A stretch of 64,000 nucleotides of DNA from NCBI RefSeq assembly GCF_009914755.1, contig NC_060944.1; one strand, given 5' to 3'. Made by a program: the position numbers and the translations under genes. A model generated the notes under the pieces. That model saw nothing but the letters and a program-made list of their open reading frames with translations, made no database searches and had not been told where the DNA came from. This stretch comes from the human T2T-CHM13v2.0 reference genome, Homo sapiens. Below are positions 1 through 17,224 of the stretch, one piece after another (within the stretch, counting starts at the first letter, position 1; every line of letters starts with the position of its first letter).

Positions 1-462
1 CCCCCACCACCCCGCTCCTCCAATTCCACTTAGTGGACTGAGGAGGCTCCACAGCCCTGTGTTTGCCTGAGGCATGTTCAGAGTGAATGCCATGTAAACA
101 ACAGCCTGGAAGGCTGGCACGGGCCCACATTTCAGGTAGAAACATGTGTGGACTACATTCCTGCTGGGCCTATGTAATAACAATCGCCACGACCTGTTAT
201 GAACAGAGGGTACTCCCTCCCGGCAAGGGGCATGCCTTTAGCTCCACGCTTGGCAGCAGCAGAGGGCCCAAGGCCATAGGAAGATCTGGGTAAACCAGGA
301 GAAACTGTCACAGAGCAGAGGTACTGCAGAAAGAATCACGCTTTAGAGAGAAAGGGCTTGGTACCAGAGCCCTGCTTTCCTTTCTGTTAACCCAGTGACC
401 TTGAACCAGGCATCCTACCACTCCAAGACTTTACTTTGATAAGAGGAACTCAGTTTGATAGG

Positions 463-821
463 TGTATTAGTCTATTCTCATACTGCTCATGAAGACATAC
501 CCGAGACTGGGTAATTTATAAAGGAAAGAGATTTAATGGACTCACAGTTCCACATGGCTGGGGAGGCCTCACAATCATGGTGGAAGGCAAAGGAAGAGCA
601 AAGGGACATCTTACATGGTGTCAGGCCAGGGAGAGTTTGTGCAGGGGAACTCCCATTTATAAAACCATCAGATCTCGTGAGACTTATTCACTGCCACGAA
701 AACAGCATGGGGAAACTGCCCCCATGATTCAGTTATCTCCAGCTGGCCCCACTCTTGACACATAGGAATTATTACAATTCAAGGTAAGATGTGGGTGGGG
801 AGACAGAGCCAAACCATATCA
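463..821 (-). mobile_element. THE1-family (ERVL-MaLR) solo LTR
   Basis: TG...CA termini (tgtattagtc...aaaccatatca); THE1-type internal sequence (gagactgggtaatttataaaggaaagag, ggaggcctcacaatcatgg); 5-bp TSD ATAGG at 458-462 and 822-826. Confidence 0.92.
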
Positions 822-1135
822 ATAGGGTACCACCCTCTCCCACACCTCTCACCTCCAAGCCCCCCTATTTCCTGGCCTACTTTTCCTTTTTGCACACCAC
901 TCATCAATTTCTAACATGCCATCTAATTCACTTGTTTTTTGTGTTTATTGATGATTGTTTCTCTTTTCTCACTAAAATATTAGTTCCTCCAAGGCAAGGA
1001 TCTTTGAAAGTTGTACTTAATAGTGTATCTCATATACCAAGAATTGTGCCTGACATACAAAAAGGGTTCAATAGGTATTCACTGGATGGATGTTGAATAA
1101 TGACCTTGAGGGATCATCTCTAGCTTCACCATTAA

Positions 1136-1505
1136 TGTATCGGTAATCTATTGCTACACGTAACAAAATATCCCAAAGTTGGTGGCTTAAAACAACAACC
1201 GTTTATTATTTCTCATGATCCTGTGGCTCAGGAGTTCAGGCAGGGCCACTGGGTAGGTACTCTGCTCCTGATGGCAACAGCTGCATTCAGCTGTCCACTG
1301 GGAATGGCTAGAAGGCTTGAGAAGGCTTTGCTCACATGTCTGGTGTCTGTAGTCCATGTGGCTCCTCTCTGTCCATGTGATGTCCCATAATTCACAGGTC
1401 TAGCATGGACATCTTTCACAGTAACTGGATTCCCCAAAGCAAAAGTCAGAAGCTGCCAGGCCTTAAGGTCAAGGCCAGCCCAGATTCTAGAGAAAATAGA
1501 TTCTC
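1136..1505 (-). mobile_element. MLT1-family LTR fragment
   Basis: ctattgct...gtaacaaaatatcccaaa...gtggcttaaaacaacaacc...tttattatttctcatgat resembles the MLT1 terminal segment; ends approximate. Confidence 0.7.
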
Positions 1506-1808
1506 CTCTCTCTCTCTTTCTCTCTGTATGTCAATGAGAGGCTATAAGCACAGAGAGGGAAGGAACTGAGGGTGGTTACCTTTGGAAACTGCCTAGCATA
1601 TTACCCCATGCTGTGCAAATGTATGCATTCTCAGTAAGTGTTTTCTGGGCACCTTCTAGGGATGTACAGACCACCACAGTGCCCAAAACCTCCTTGCTGT
1701 CACAAAGCTGATCCCTAAATGAGCCCTGGAGCTGTAAACCTTTTAGCTCCAGCTGAAAAGTCCTCTCCAGCAATCCCCTCCCACAGCGAGAAGGATAGAA
1801 GTGAATAA

Positions 1809-2039
<231 letters not shown>

Positions 2040-2089
2040 TGAGTGTGTAGCTCCAAGTTCAAGGGGAAAGCTTTTTAATTTATCATTAA

Positions 2090-2416
<327 letters not shown>

Positions 2417-2944
2417 GCAAGATGTAACTACTTTTCTAATAAGACTTCTGACCAGAGTGAGTCAGGAGATAATTGATGAGCTGAATGGATTTTCTGAGTC
2501 TTATGCACAATTGCAGTGGCCGTGACCTAAAAGACAATGTCGCATTCTACTTATTTAATTTAGAGGAGGGACTCTGGTTAGATTGGGTTTTTGATGTGGG
2601 ATTTGTTGTCCCTTGAAGAGAAACAGAAGGCAGACACTCATGGTCTGATGAGGAAGCCAGGATGAGAGGCTTGACAACCATCTGCAGGAAAAAGACAGCC
2701 CCACCGGTAATACCAGAGAGTTGCCAAAGGCTCCCAGGAGCGCAACCTGGGGCGTCTTGGTAGTTAACTGTCACTTTATACTGCATTGTCAGTGCTTCAA
2801 AAACTAAACTAATTGCACACTTGGTGAGAGGTCATGTTGAGAGTCAACAATAATTGTGATTGACTATAGCAGTGGTTGTCAAACTATGGCCAGGTCTGGC
2901 TCGAGACCTGTTTTTGTGTGTCCCATACATTTTTAAACTGTTGT

Positions 2945-3047
2945 GAAGAGAAGAAGAAAGAGAAGGAGGAGGAAGAAGAGAAGGGGAAGGGCATGGAGGA
3001 AGAGAAGGAGGAGGAGGAGGGGGAGGAGGAGGAAGAGGAGGAGGAAG
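2945..3047. repeat. GA-rich low-complexity tract (GAG/GAA), within a probable MER58-like hAT element
   Basis: About 100 nt of almost pure purine; produces the poly-E and poly-P ORFs in the track. Confidence 0.85.
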
Positions 3048-3713
3048 CTGCAACCAAGACCATATGTGACCCACAAAACCTAAAATATGTACCCTCTGAC
3101 CCTTTAAAAAAGGCTTAGTAACTCCTGGTGTATAGTCTTACTGTGTATTTCCCATTGCCAGGTAGAATACCAGCCTAAAATAATATCTTAGAGCCTTTCA
3201 AGAAACCACACATTCCAAATGGCTTTGGCTGAAAAAAATTTCAGAGACAGAAAATCTGATCCTTACACCCCAGACTTCCTTTTTCTACCTTAGACACTCA
3301 GTTCTCCAACCAGAGACATTTGGAACAAAGGAGAAATGAAAGCACAAAGGCGTTTCTGAGGAGAGGGAGGAAGAATCAGATCGGAATGAATGTGTATGTT
3401 AGCAAAAGGGGACACGTAGAAAACAGGGCTGAAATGCAAGAAGTGGCGGTTCTGGCTCCATGTCAGCCATGCAGATGGATTTCAAAACAGTGGAGCAACC
3501 ATTACGGTGCTTTTCCTGACTTTCCCATGCTCATTAGGATGAGCTGAGTTGGAAGCCTGGTGGGTGGAATCTGGATGTGTAGAAATAAGCAATAAATAAT
3601 AACAATATGAGGAGGAGGAAGAGGGAAACAGGAAGGAAATGAAAAAGAGAAGAATATGAAGTAAACGAAAATAATGATGAAGGTAAAAAGATGAGGCAAA
3701 AGAAAATGAAGAT

Positions 3714-4310
<597 letters not shown>

Positions 4311-5719
4311 CTCTTTGGTCTTTACCAAGAGAAGGGTATTGGAATCAGCCACACAGGGACACAGATAGCATTTGAAGTCAAGGTTTGGGGGCTTTCCTGT
4401 TGTTTTCTCTTCCAGAGCTCACATCCAGACTCAAGGTGGTAGATTTAAGTGCCTTGTCAGGGGAAGGCTCCCCTCTGCCTCCATTTACAAATGTTTCCTT
4501 CTTGTTTTCTGTCACCGCGGAGAGCAGTGTGGCCAGGAGCCCTCTTCATACCTTTTCTTCTCGTGTGTCCTCACCCTCCTTGCATCCTTTCTGCCTCTCA
4601 GTTCCTGGCTATTGCAGCTTTTCTGGGCTCCCTTGTAACATGAAGGATTTCGTTTTTAAGGATCTCTTTACTTGTTTGATTCGTTGATTCCCAGCTTTCC
4701 TGGAAAGACTCATGGGGCAAAGTCTCCCTGGCCTGGCAGTTATTACACTGTAAAAGTTTGTCCTGTAGGTCAACCCTGCAAATAAGTTTGAGGTGCCTCA
4801 CATAAAATCAGAGAGAGCCCCTTAAAGGAAATCAAGTCAGGGAAACCAGCAGGGAAGGCCAAGGCTCACCAGCAAATGTTACCACAGTGCCTCACTCCCT
4901 CCTCCTCTTATTGCTTTAGCTTGCACCGGATTCCTGATTGTAAAGGAAGCTTGGTTAGGGGTGGTAGTTTGGGTGAGCCAGTAAGTTTGAGTAGAGCTGG
5001 GTTCAGTTCCTCAGAGCAAATTATGAGAAGCCCAACTTTTTCTTTCTGAAGCATCACCAACAATGCTAAGTGTCCTAGAATATGAGATAACTCTTCTTGG
5101 CTATGCATTGTAGCATCCTCAGTGAGCTAGACAAAGAATGAGCTAGACAAATATTCAAGGGAAAACTACCACCTAACACTTCCCACTTGCTGCTCTAAGT
5201 ACTTTCTTTACACCAACTCATTTCATTATTTCAACTCTAGGAGGTAGGGCAATTTGTTCTTCCCATTTACAGATGTAAAAACTGAGGCACACAAAAGTTC
5301 ACTGGCTACCCCAAGGTCACGTGGCTAGTAATGATTTCAACGCACACAGTCAGTCATTAAGAACAAGATATTAAACACTACGTTCTACTGCCTCTGGTTT
5401 AGTTTGTCACCCTGACACCATCCTGACATGTGTCCCCCACTGCCCAAAACCCCATCCCTGGGCTCAGTGAGTGAGTTCCTAGGACTTATTCAGGCACATT
5501 TGGATCTGATTTCACGTTGCCAATGTATCTGGGGTTTTAATATAGTTTCTGCACTACGACCTGCTTTTTACTGTTTCCTCTGTTGGCAAGTTTCTGCCCG
5601 TGAGTAGTAATGAATACAAAAAAGGCTTTGTTCAGGTGTATTTATTTTTTTATTGTTGGGGTGGGGGAGATAACTTTTTCCATGTAATGATGGAAAAATG
5701 AGCTCTTGTCTGTGTTTAG

Positions 5720-5809
5720 GAATTGAAGACACTTTTAGGACAGCTGCCACCGAAGTGAGTCTGCTTGCGGGAAGCGAGGAGTTTAATGCCACCAAACTGT
5801 TTGAAGTTG
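5720..5809 (+). CDS. ISM1: Isthmin-1 penultimate coding exon (linker with N-glycosylation sequon NAT)
   Basis: Acceptor tgtgtttag| and donor TTG|gtaaga; 90 nt, phase 1-1; encodes [30 protein letters not shown] and joins both neighbouring exons in frame. Confidence 0.96.
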
Positions 5810-6260
5810 GTAAGATTTTTTTCTTTTTTAATCCAAATATTGACTTAGTGCCTCGGAGATTCCTTTTGCTTTTGCAATGCCATCCTTGGATCCACGTAAA
5901 TGTTTCATTTTCCTTTTCTGGGGTCCAGTGCTCCCAGCATGTGTCTTGCTTGCTGAATATACTTCAAGCAAGAGAAAACAGTCCTAAGCCTCCTCCACCG
6001 GACCGAGCGCTTCTGTGTTCACTCTGCTCTCTATGCAGCCTTCACAGCCAGAGGCAGATGGGGACCTGTCTCTCAGCACAGAATAAGCCCATAGCAGGGG
6101 CTCAAGTCACATGGAATCTGTTCTTACTCAGCCTTCATTGAGCGTCCTCAAGAAAATCAAGAAATGGTGCCCTCAGTTCTCCAGCAGAGGGAGGGAGGGA
6201 AAGAGGAGATTTTCTCAAAATATTGCACCTCCATCCCCTGCAAAAATTTTTTATACACCG

Positions 6261-6601
<341 letters not shown>

Positions 6602-6952
6602 CTACTTGTCCACTAGAAAATGGTAGAGCAAATGCAATAAATGTAAACCAAACAAAATGGAAAGTGACTCTTCAGGTGCAAGGTGCAAGCTTACTTTTTT
6701 GAAATAGCTTTATGTGCTTCTCTATATACTTAAGGATTGTAGAAGGGTAAAATTCCTTCTGTCCCATATCTTTTAGCTACCCAAAAGTTCTTACTTAGCC
6801 TCTTCACCTCTGCCCTGCCTCCTCAGTCAAAATTTAGCAGTCCTGAGTCTTTTTTTTTTTCATAGCCCTGCAATTTGGGAGCTAATTTGGTGAACAAAAA
6901 TGTTCCTCAAATGCCTATTGGGGTCAGGTAATGGGGTCAGGTAAGCATCTCA

Positions 6953-7357
<405 letters not shown>

Positions 7358-8896
7358 ACAGCTACAGTGTCGGGGGCAGTAGAGAATGGTAGGGTCTGTG
7401 ACAAAATGAAAAGCTTTATCCAAAGGGTCGGCCATGATGTGGCCGCCATGGAATGAATACCCACCCAGTATTGCCAGATGTTCTGGGTTTCTAAGAGAGG
7501 CCTGAAATCTTGATTTTGCCAGATTATATCTTAATTTTTTAAATGCTTGATAGAAATTTATTTTAAAAACAAATCCAATCAGAAATGTCTATGAGCCAAA
7601 TTGGATGCAGTTTGGAAATTCAGTGTCGCTAGGGCCTCTACCTCATCCCTCCAATCCCTTCACACACATATGATCAAATTGCATTTAACAGGAACCGTCT
7701 GCAAATACAATGCATTTGACTGAAAAATAGAAATGACTTTAAAGGCAAGACTTTGACATAAAGTGGTAGAACCTTAAAGGCATTCTTCTGAGACAGAAAG
7801 TTTCTCAGGACTCTTCATATCACACCCCACAGGCAGGCAGCATCTAGCTGCTTTGCAGAACACAGCCCAGATGCACAAAGCCACATTGGCATGTGGCTAA
7901 GGACACCAGAGCTGAGTAGACATGGTGTCTCAGTCAGGGTCCAGGCAGGAAAGAACATGGCACACTCAAGTTAGGTAACTGAGGAGCCTTTGGTGAGGGA
8001 CTGCTTGCAAAGGTACAAGCAGAGTGGAAGGATTGAACTTTCATTCTCTCAATGACTACTCAGAGAGGAGGCCACAGCCACAGCCTATCCCAGCTGGCAG
8101 CACCTCGACACTCTTGGGTGCACCCTCTAGGTTCCCTCCCACTTAATCCTCTTTGCAACTTTATGAGAGAAGTGCTATTTTTATGCCCAAATTACAGATG
8201 AGAAAACTGAAGCACAGCAAGGTAAAATACCTCACTCAAGTCACAGAGCTCCTGAAAGTTGCGTTGCAATTCAATCCCAGGCTGTTTAGCATGCGATCCC
8301 ACACTTTGCCTTTCGCCAGGCCTTTCTGAGTTCATAAGACATGCCCAATTTTTCTCTTCCTCGTTCTATTGATGAGTGCCCAAAGCCCTCTTGCCAGCTG
8401 CCCCTCACCCTGACCGTGTGATTTCCACCCACACCACCACCAGCCTCCCAGGCTCCTGGGTCAGAGCTGGAGTCACTGCTGATGTCTTCCTCTCTTTACT
8501 CCAAAGTCCACCAGCCACCAAGGCCTGGCAGCTGTAACTCTCTGATCTCTTCTGATCCCACCTGCTGTTTCCTCCCAGAGTATCTCACCTGGACCCTCCC
8601 CATCATTATCGGCTCTGAATTCATTTTCTTACTGCACAGCTCAGTTAATAGCTCACTATCACTCACAAACTTTCCATGGCTCCCTAGTACCCGCTGAACC
8701 AGCCTAAACTGAACAAGATTGCCATGATCTGACACCAACAATCTTATATTCCTATACCTTCTGCTCCCATGAAACTGAACATGTCATGCCCCAGCCCCAG
8801 ACATCCCCAGCAGATTTTTTCCTGCATAACCTTAGTTTGCACAATGAATGCTACCTGGAGAGCCTTCCCTTGTCCTTCCCCCATCGATGCTATTGC

Positions 8897-9295
8897 AGTC
8901 TGTGTCCATTAGACACCTCCAAGACCCAGACACCAAGATGGGATTAGGCATGCAAGAGATTTTTTGAGGAAACACCCAGGAAAGATAAAGAGGAAGGCAG
9001 CAGGACTAGGCAGGGACAGCTTTCAGATCGAGGTGCATGCCTGACTCCTACAAAAGAAGAAAGGAAGGCAGGCTCAGCCGTGCTGACTGGGAATCCCAGC
9101 AAAAGTTGCCTGTTGGAGGAGTCGCTTGTCGGGCGGTTCCCCTACCACGCTCAGTCATTGGCTGAGAGCAGCCAGGGGGTGGATGTTAAAATCACGATAG
9201 ATCCAAAGGTGCAACCTGGAGGCTGCTGGTCAGCAAAGCATCCACAGCAGGTTCCCTTGTAGGAGCTCTGAGCAGGACACTTGTGGCTGTCACAC
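8897..9295 (-). mobile_element. LTR16-like (ERVL) LTR
   Basis: cagacaccaagatgggattaggcatgcaagagatttttt...gaaagataaagagg resembles the reverse-strand 3' end of the LTR16 family. Confidence 0.55.
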
Positions 9296-9718
9296 GGCCC
9301 TGACATGGCTCAGGAGCAACCTGGTGTCACGTGCTCCTTGAAGCAACCCTGACTTCCCCTGCTAGAAATGACCTTGCATTTTTGGACACCCCTGGGGCTT
9401 TTTGCCTTTGCCTCCCTTAATGCACCCCACATTCCACCACAGTTGGCTTCCTTAGATATGCCTCATCTTACCCACCGCAGCTCACTGGGGCAGATGACCC
9501 ACCCACTCACTGGGCTGTTGGTGACCAGCCCACATTTCCTCCACCCATAGCATGTCCCTGCACCTCCAACTGGCAACCCCTCTGTGCCTTTGCCTGAGGT
9601 CTTTCTCCGGACCCGAGCCCAGCTGCGCATGAATGCACAGGGCATTCCTAGCTGGAAATCCAGGACCAGTCCCCTGTCAGTGATGAATGGGAGCTGGTGG
9701 ATAAAAACTCAGATCCCC

Positions 9719-10625
<907 letters not shown>

Positions 10626-11376
10626 TTGTCTCAGATAGGAAAATGCTGAGGCATGTTCTCTATGCGGTTTCCCAGATCCCAGTGGGAGTTACCAGTTCCT
10701 TACAGTGGTTACTCGTTTGCTCCACACCCTGTATTAGCTGCCCTCCCTTCTCTAATTCCCCTGCTCCCCTGCCTCTGTTTCCTGAAATCACTTCCCAAAA
10801 AATCATTTTCACTGGAATCTTTTTGTCTCAGGGTCTGGGGTAACCCAAACTAAGACATTCACTAAACCTGAGACTCACTAAACCTGAAGTCCTGGACTCA
10901 GATGACTGAGGGACCAAGAGATCACCCATAAATGAAAGGATCAAGTAGGAGCTGTGCTGAGCTGGGGACCTTCGGCCCTGTCCATGGAGGGGTCACCATT
11001 CACCTGTTCACAGGATCAGTTGTTCCCATGGGAGAATGCAGGATCAGCATAATTCGATCTTTTGGTTTTTCAAATAAAGCCAGGAATCCACATTTATAAT
11101 TGGAATAACCTAATTCTTAAATATAGGCAACTAATCAATTATTTTTAATACTGAAAGAACCAAACACAACCCTTCTGGGGGTAGATTTTGACCCAGGCCT
11201 ACAGGTCACTGGCCTGTGACCCAAATCTTAAGCTCCCTAAAAGTAAGTGCCCCGGGCTCCTTCCTCTTTGAGGCGCCTTGCCATGTGAATTTGCAGACAG
11301 CGATAGTTACATGCCTAAGGTTAAGAGGCTGGGGGAACCAGTCCATATGTGGCAAAATCAAAACTGAGTCCTATAA

Positions 11377-11760
<384 letters not shown>

Positions 11761-12177
11761 TCATCACTTATTTAGAGGGGAGATTCAAATAATTCTGAAT
11801 TCTTAAGTTTGTTAGGAGTGATAATCGGATCACGGTTATCTAGGAAAATATCCTCTTTTTTGTAGATGCTTACTAAAATTTAGGGGTGACATTATATATT
11901 TCCACAACATTTTTTAAAAGATAAAACAAATATAATAATAGTTAAATCCAGGTGATGAAATATGGGTAGTCATTGTATAAGAATATTCTCTACTTTTCTG
12001 TGTGTCTGAAAATTTCATAATATAAAGTGGGGCATTTGGAGGAAGTCTTGTGAATAATGAAGTTCCCAAGTTCAAGGGACGTGAGAACGGCCATCCACTT
12101 CTGATGGTTCCAGGGGGCTGCAGGGGTGTCTGGCTCTAGGACAGGAGTTGTTGACTTCAGGGAGTTGTTGACTTTAG

Positions 12178-12804
<627 letters not shown>

Positions 12805-14010
12805 AGAGACTGGGATGAGGTGGAGGACGCTGCCTCTGGTTCTGGAGCACACACGTGCTGCACTGACGTGCCGACTGGCGCCGAGACCTTCATAGCTGCG
12901 GTCGTGTATATTTGTATATACCACATGAGTATTTCTCATACATTACGCTAGGGGCGTGTGCCACGCCCAGGGGACTGCCTTGTGAAGCCGCCCTCGCCAT
13001 CTGCAGAGCTCCTTGAAAGTGCCCCTGGGGAGCGATGTGGGCAGAAGGATGGGGACAACTTGGAAGCCAGAAGAAGAACCTGGAAGCCACAGTGGGTGCG
13101 ACTCAATTCACACCCGGATCCAGAGTTTCAAAGAGAGGCAAAGGGGGAAAGAGACTGAGGTTGTAAACGTTATAAGCAGTTTTTATATATAACTTATTTA
13201 ATACAAATGTGACTTAATTAAGCGTAACCTTTTCTCTGGAGTTGTGGTGAAACTAATCACGTCTGTGAGAGATCAGAAAGAAAGAGACTTAGGGAAGTGG
13301 AAGAGAAAGGGAATTTTGGAATTTATTTCTTTAAAAATAATGCAATGGAAATATATCAAAACATGTAAACGCTCACCTTAAACCAAATGTTATTTGGTCA
13401 TGAGGCACCTTGCTGGAGTCTCAGATTCCAAAAGTCTCTTCTTCAGACTGGGTAGGGAATATGATATTTTAGGGACAAAGCTGAGGACTGGTTTTAAATA
13501 GGCTTTAAAATAAAAGATCAATATTATCATAATGCTATCATTCTGCTAAACGGCCCCAAAACAGTAGAATTTCTGCTCATGTCCTAGCAGGTTCAGAAGA
13601 CTGCAGCCAAGTTCAGATGTAAAAACAAGAAGTAGCACTTTTCCAAAGGAAAACAACAAAACAAATGGGAAAAAGATAATGGACCGCATTTCACCTATTT
13701 TAATACTATTTTAACAATTTTTTCATCTACCAATATATCCCCAATAAATAAATATAAAAGGGGGGGAGGGTCAATCTGGGGAATCTTAGTTTTTTATGTT
13801 TTAAGAAAACAAAAAAAACTGCATTATTTTTGTAAAGTATTTATTGAGTCACGGATTATTGTGCATCAAGCAATTGTTAATATGACCTGGTCCTATGGGG
13901 TAGAACTTAGGAAAAATAAAGTTGGTTCTTATTCAATATTTTACTTTGCAAAATTCTAGTAAAAGAGAGTATATAATAAAATCATAATAAAAGGTGTTAC
14001 CTGCATCCTT
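12805..14010 (+). other. ISM1: ISM1 3' UTR (end approximate)
   Basis: Repeat-free, increasingly AU-rich sequence after the stop codon, ending at clustered poly-A signals. Confidence 0.85.
13743..13991 (+). terminator. ISM1: Polyadenylation signal cluster
   Basis: AATAAA at 13743, 13915, 13975 and 13986. Confidence 0.8.
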
Positions 14011-14543
14011 CATTTATGATACAAATGCCATAAATAGCCCGTGTGAAGCAAGACTTCAAGGCAGGGGAAAGAAAATTTCAACCCAGGTGGGAATAAAAGG
14101 CTCATTCATTGATTGACATGATTGTGGGTGGTGTAAGTCATGGCATCCTTGGCACCAAAATCGTCTACCCAACCCCCAGGAGGCTGAGGCCCATTGACAC
14201 CTGTGTGACTTTTTGCCCGCCCAGACCTAAGGAAGCCAAACCAGAGCAAAGGCTTAAGACAGCCCAGATGAGCAGGGCCACTTCCACAGAAAATTCTGCA
14301 ATTACAATTATAAGTAGAACTACTCATCATGAAAAGTATTCCTTTTCCCGATGAGAAAATCAAAGCTCAGAAAACATAAAGACATTGGACCCATCTTTCA
14401 TTTCCTAGCCTAGTATTCTCTCTACTGTAGCACATTTTTGAAGTCCTTATATTCCCGGTACCTTTGGCATTCCTAACCCCACCCTTAAGTTATCCTGACA
14501 CAATTCTATTCTTATGGAAAACTTTTTACCAGTCATTTACACA

Positions 14544-14864
<321 letters not shown>

Positions 14865-16157
14865 TAGAAGGTATTGCCCATTCTCAGAATATTTATATTT
14901 AAGATCTGTGTCTAATCATGGAATGAGAAGACTTATTCACATCTGAAGCAATTTTTTGCTACAGATGAACTGAACTAGTAGGAAGAGAATCAATGCGTCC
15001 GTGTATCAGGCATATAGATTTGGTTTATAATAATGAGGAAATTTTTTTTGCAAAGAGAATTGGCTGGCAATGGAATGCATTGCCTTTGAGGTGGTGAGTA
15101 TCCTGTCAGGACAGGTATTCAAGCAGAGGCTGGAGATTAGTCACATGAACAGCTCAACTGGGTGATCAGGAGAGACAAAAATGTATAGGACAAAACCCTC
15201 TGATGTGTTTGTTAAGTGTAAGCACAAAGTACTATGAAGAAATAGAGGCAGAAATCAGGGAAGTATCTGTTGGTTCTAATGAAGGAGTGGGATTTTATAA
15301 AGCATAAAAGAGCAAGGGGAAGTGGGTGTATTTGTAATAAGAAAATAGTATGGAGAAAAGCAAAGAAATAGGTAAGTACTTGGTGTTTTCTGAAAACCGG
15401 GAGTTTAAGGTGATGAGCAGAGGAACAAGAGTGGCAAGTTATGGAGCCATGTCTAAGGTATTTTTGTTAAGGATTTAGAGTGAAATCTCAAAGAGAACAG
15501 AGAGCTTTCTTACTATGGTGAAAATGACTAATGTGAGCCATGCTGTCCATGAGCTATTTGCCTTTTAATATCAGACCTTGCTGACCTAATGAACTGAGAG
15601 TTGGAAGGTGGGGTAAATTGGAGGGGAGGGCTCCAGGACTCTGCCTACTGAGAACACCCTGGTCTCCCATGCATCATCAGATGGTTCCAAACCTCTGGAA
15701 ATTTGCTGAACTATAATCCACCTCTATTAGGATGAGCTAATTTTCAGTCCCAATGCTTTAGTGGGCCAATGAGTGATCTTCGGAAATCAAGACCTCATGC
15801 CTAGGTTGTCTAATAAGACTAGGAGACCCTTATCTCATTCAACACAGGGCCCCAAGCTGGTGCCAGGGCAACCCCAGGCAGTTCACTCAGTGGGCAGTAG
15901 ATCATCTGCTCAAGGGCCAGCTTTGCCTGCAGCAGAGTAAGGAATGAGCAAGGCCACTTCCACAGAAAATTCTGTGGAATTCTAAGGAATGTCTGCAGTC
16001 TCGTTGCAGTCCTTGTAAATATGACCCCGCAGTAGCTGCTCAAATTTTTCTCTTTGAGTGCACTGCTCTTTTGCCTTCCCCTGGAAAGAGAGTTCTAGTA
16101 ATTCAGTGGGCATCCTGGGTGCCACATCTGAACACAACAGTGGTAAACAGAGATGCC

Positions 16158-16176
16158 CACGGCCCTCTAGTGGCTG
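16158..16176 (-). promoter_or_regulatory. Candidate CTCF binding motif
   Basis: Reverse complement CAGCCACTAGAGGGCCGTG matches the core CCACYAGRKGGC. Confidence 0.5.
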
Positions 16177-17224
16177 CACATGGGAAGGGTAAAGGAGAGG
16201 CCAGGGCAGCCTATAGCTTTCTCTTCGGACCCAGTTCATGTAACTGCCATGATTATAGTCTCCCAAGCACCTCAGTCTTTATGTCTTAGTGGCCAAGAGG
16301 GTAGAGTTCTCTGTCTTAACGCCGGGGATTAAAGAACAGCTACTATACAAGCCACCATCTTCTGAGCCCACACTTTGTGTCTCTGTGTTAATCATTTTAC
16401 CACAGGAGACCGGCATTATTACATCCAGTCTATAGATAAGGAAAAGAAGCCCAACAAGGTTAGCTAACTTGTTCAAGGTCAGACCACTTGGTAAATGACA
16501 GAGCTCCTTGAAGCCAGCAGTGTCTGATCACCAAAGCCCAGGCTCTTAAACCTAACGCCTGTGCTCTCCTCTCCTCCTAACTCATCCCAAGGTCTGCTGG
16601 ATCCATGCTTTTCTGTGACTCACTGCCTTTGCTTAGATTGTTCAAAGAGGATCTGGCTTTATCTCTATGTATTTTGCCCAGTTATCTCATAGTCCATAAA
16701 AGGATTTTGTGGTTCTATAGCTGAGCCCTTGCTCAGGTTGGGTAAGTCACAAAGCTCAACATTTCTAAAAGATAGCCTGATCCATGGGTGAAAACAAAGA
16801 TGGGTCTGCTTTTCCCACCACACATAAGCCCTGTGCTAACTGCTGCCTGTTAGGTAGAGCTCAGGGGCAACATAACAGGCACCTAACCTTCCTACATGCC
16901 CAGGTTCCAGCACTGCACCTGGCATGCATAGTCAGGCAATGTGCAGAGGGCTTAAGAGTTTGAGGGTTCAGTGGGCCTGGACTCCAATCCTGACTCTCTC
17001 ACTTGCCTGCTGGGAGTTGTCAGACAAGTTAATACATTGGCATTTAGTCATTTGCCAAATATTTATTGAGCATATACATACGCCAGATACCAGGGATACA
17101 GCGGTGTACAAATCAAAGTCCCTCCTCTTGGAGGGGAGATAGTGGATAAGTAAATAAGTGCAGAATCTGAGATTATGGTAAGTGATATAAAGTCAAGTTT
17201 TTGATCACACATGTATGATGTTAC

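Noticed and set aside
2844-3118. Poly-Glu and poly-Pro ORFs
   Set aside because: Translation artefacts of the GA-rich low-complexity tract
5810-6141. ORF continuing past the exon donor (147-aa track entry)
   Set aside because: A strong GTAAGA donor is present and the extension is compositionally intronic; intron retention cannot be supported from sequence alone
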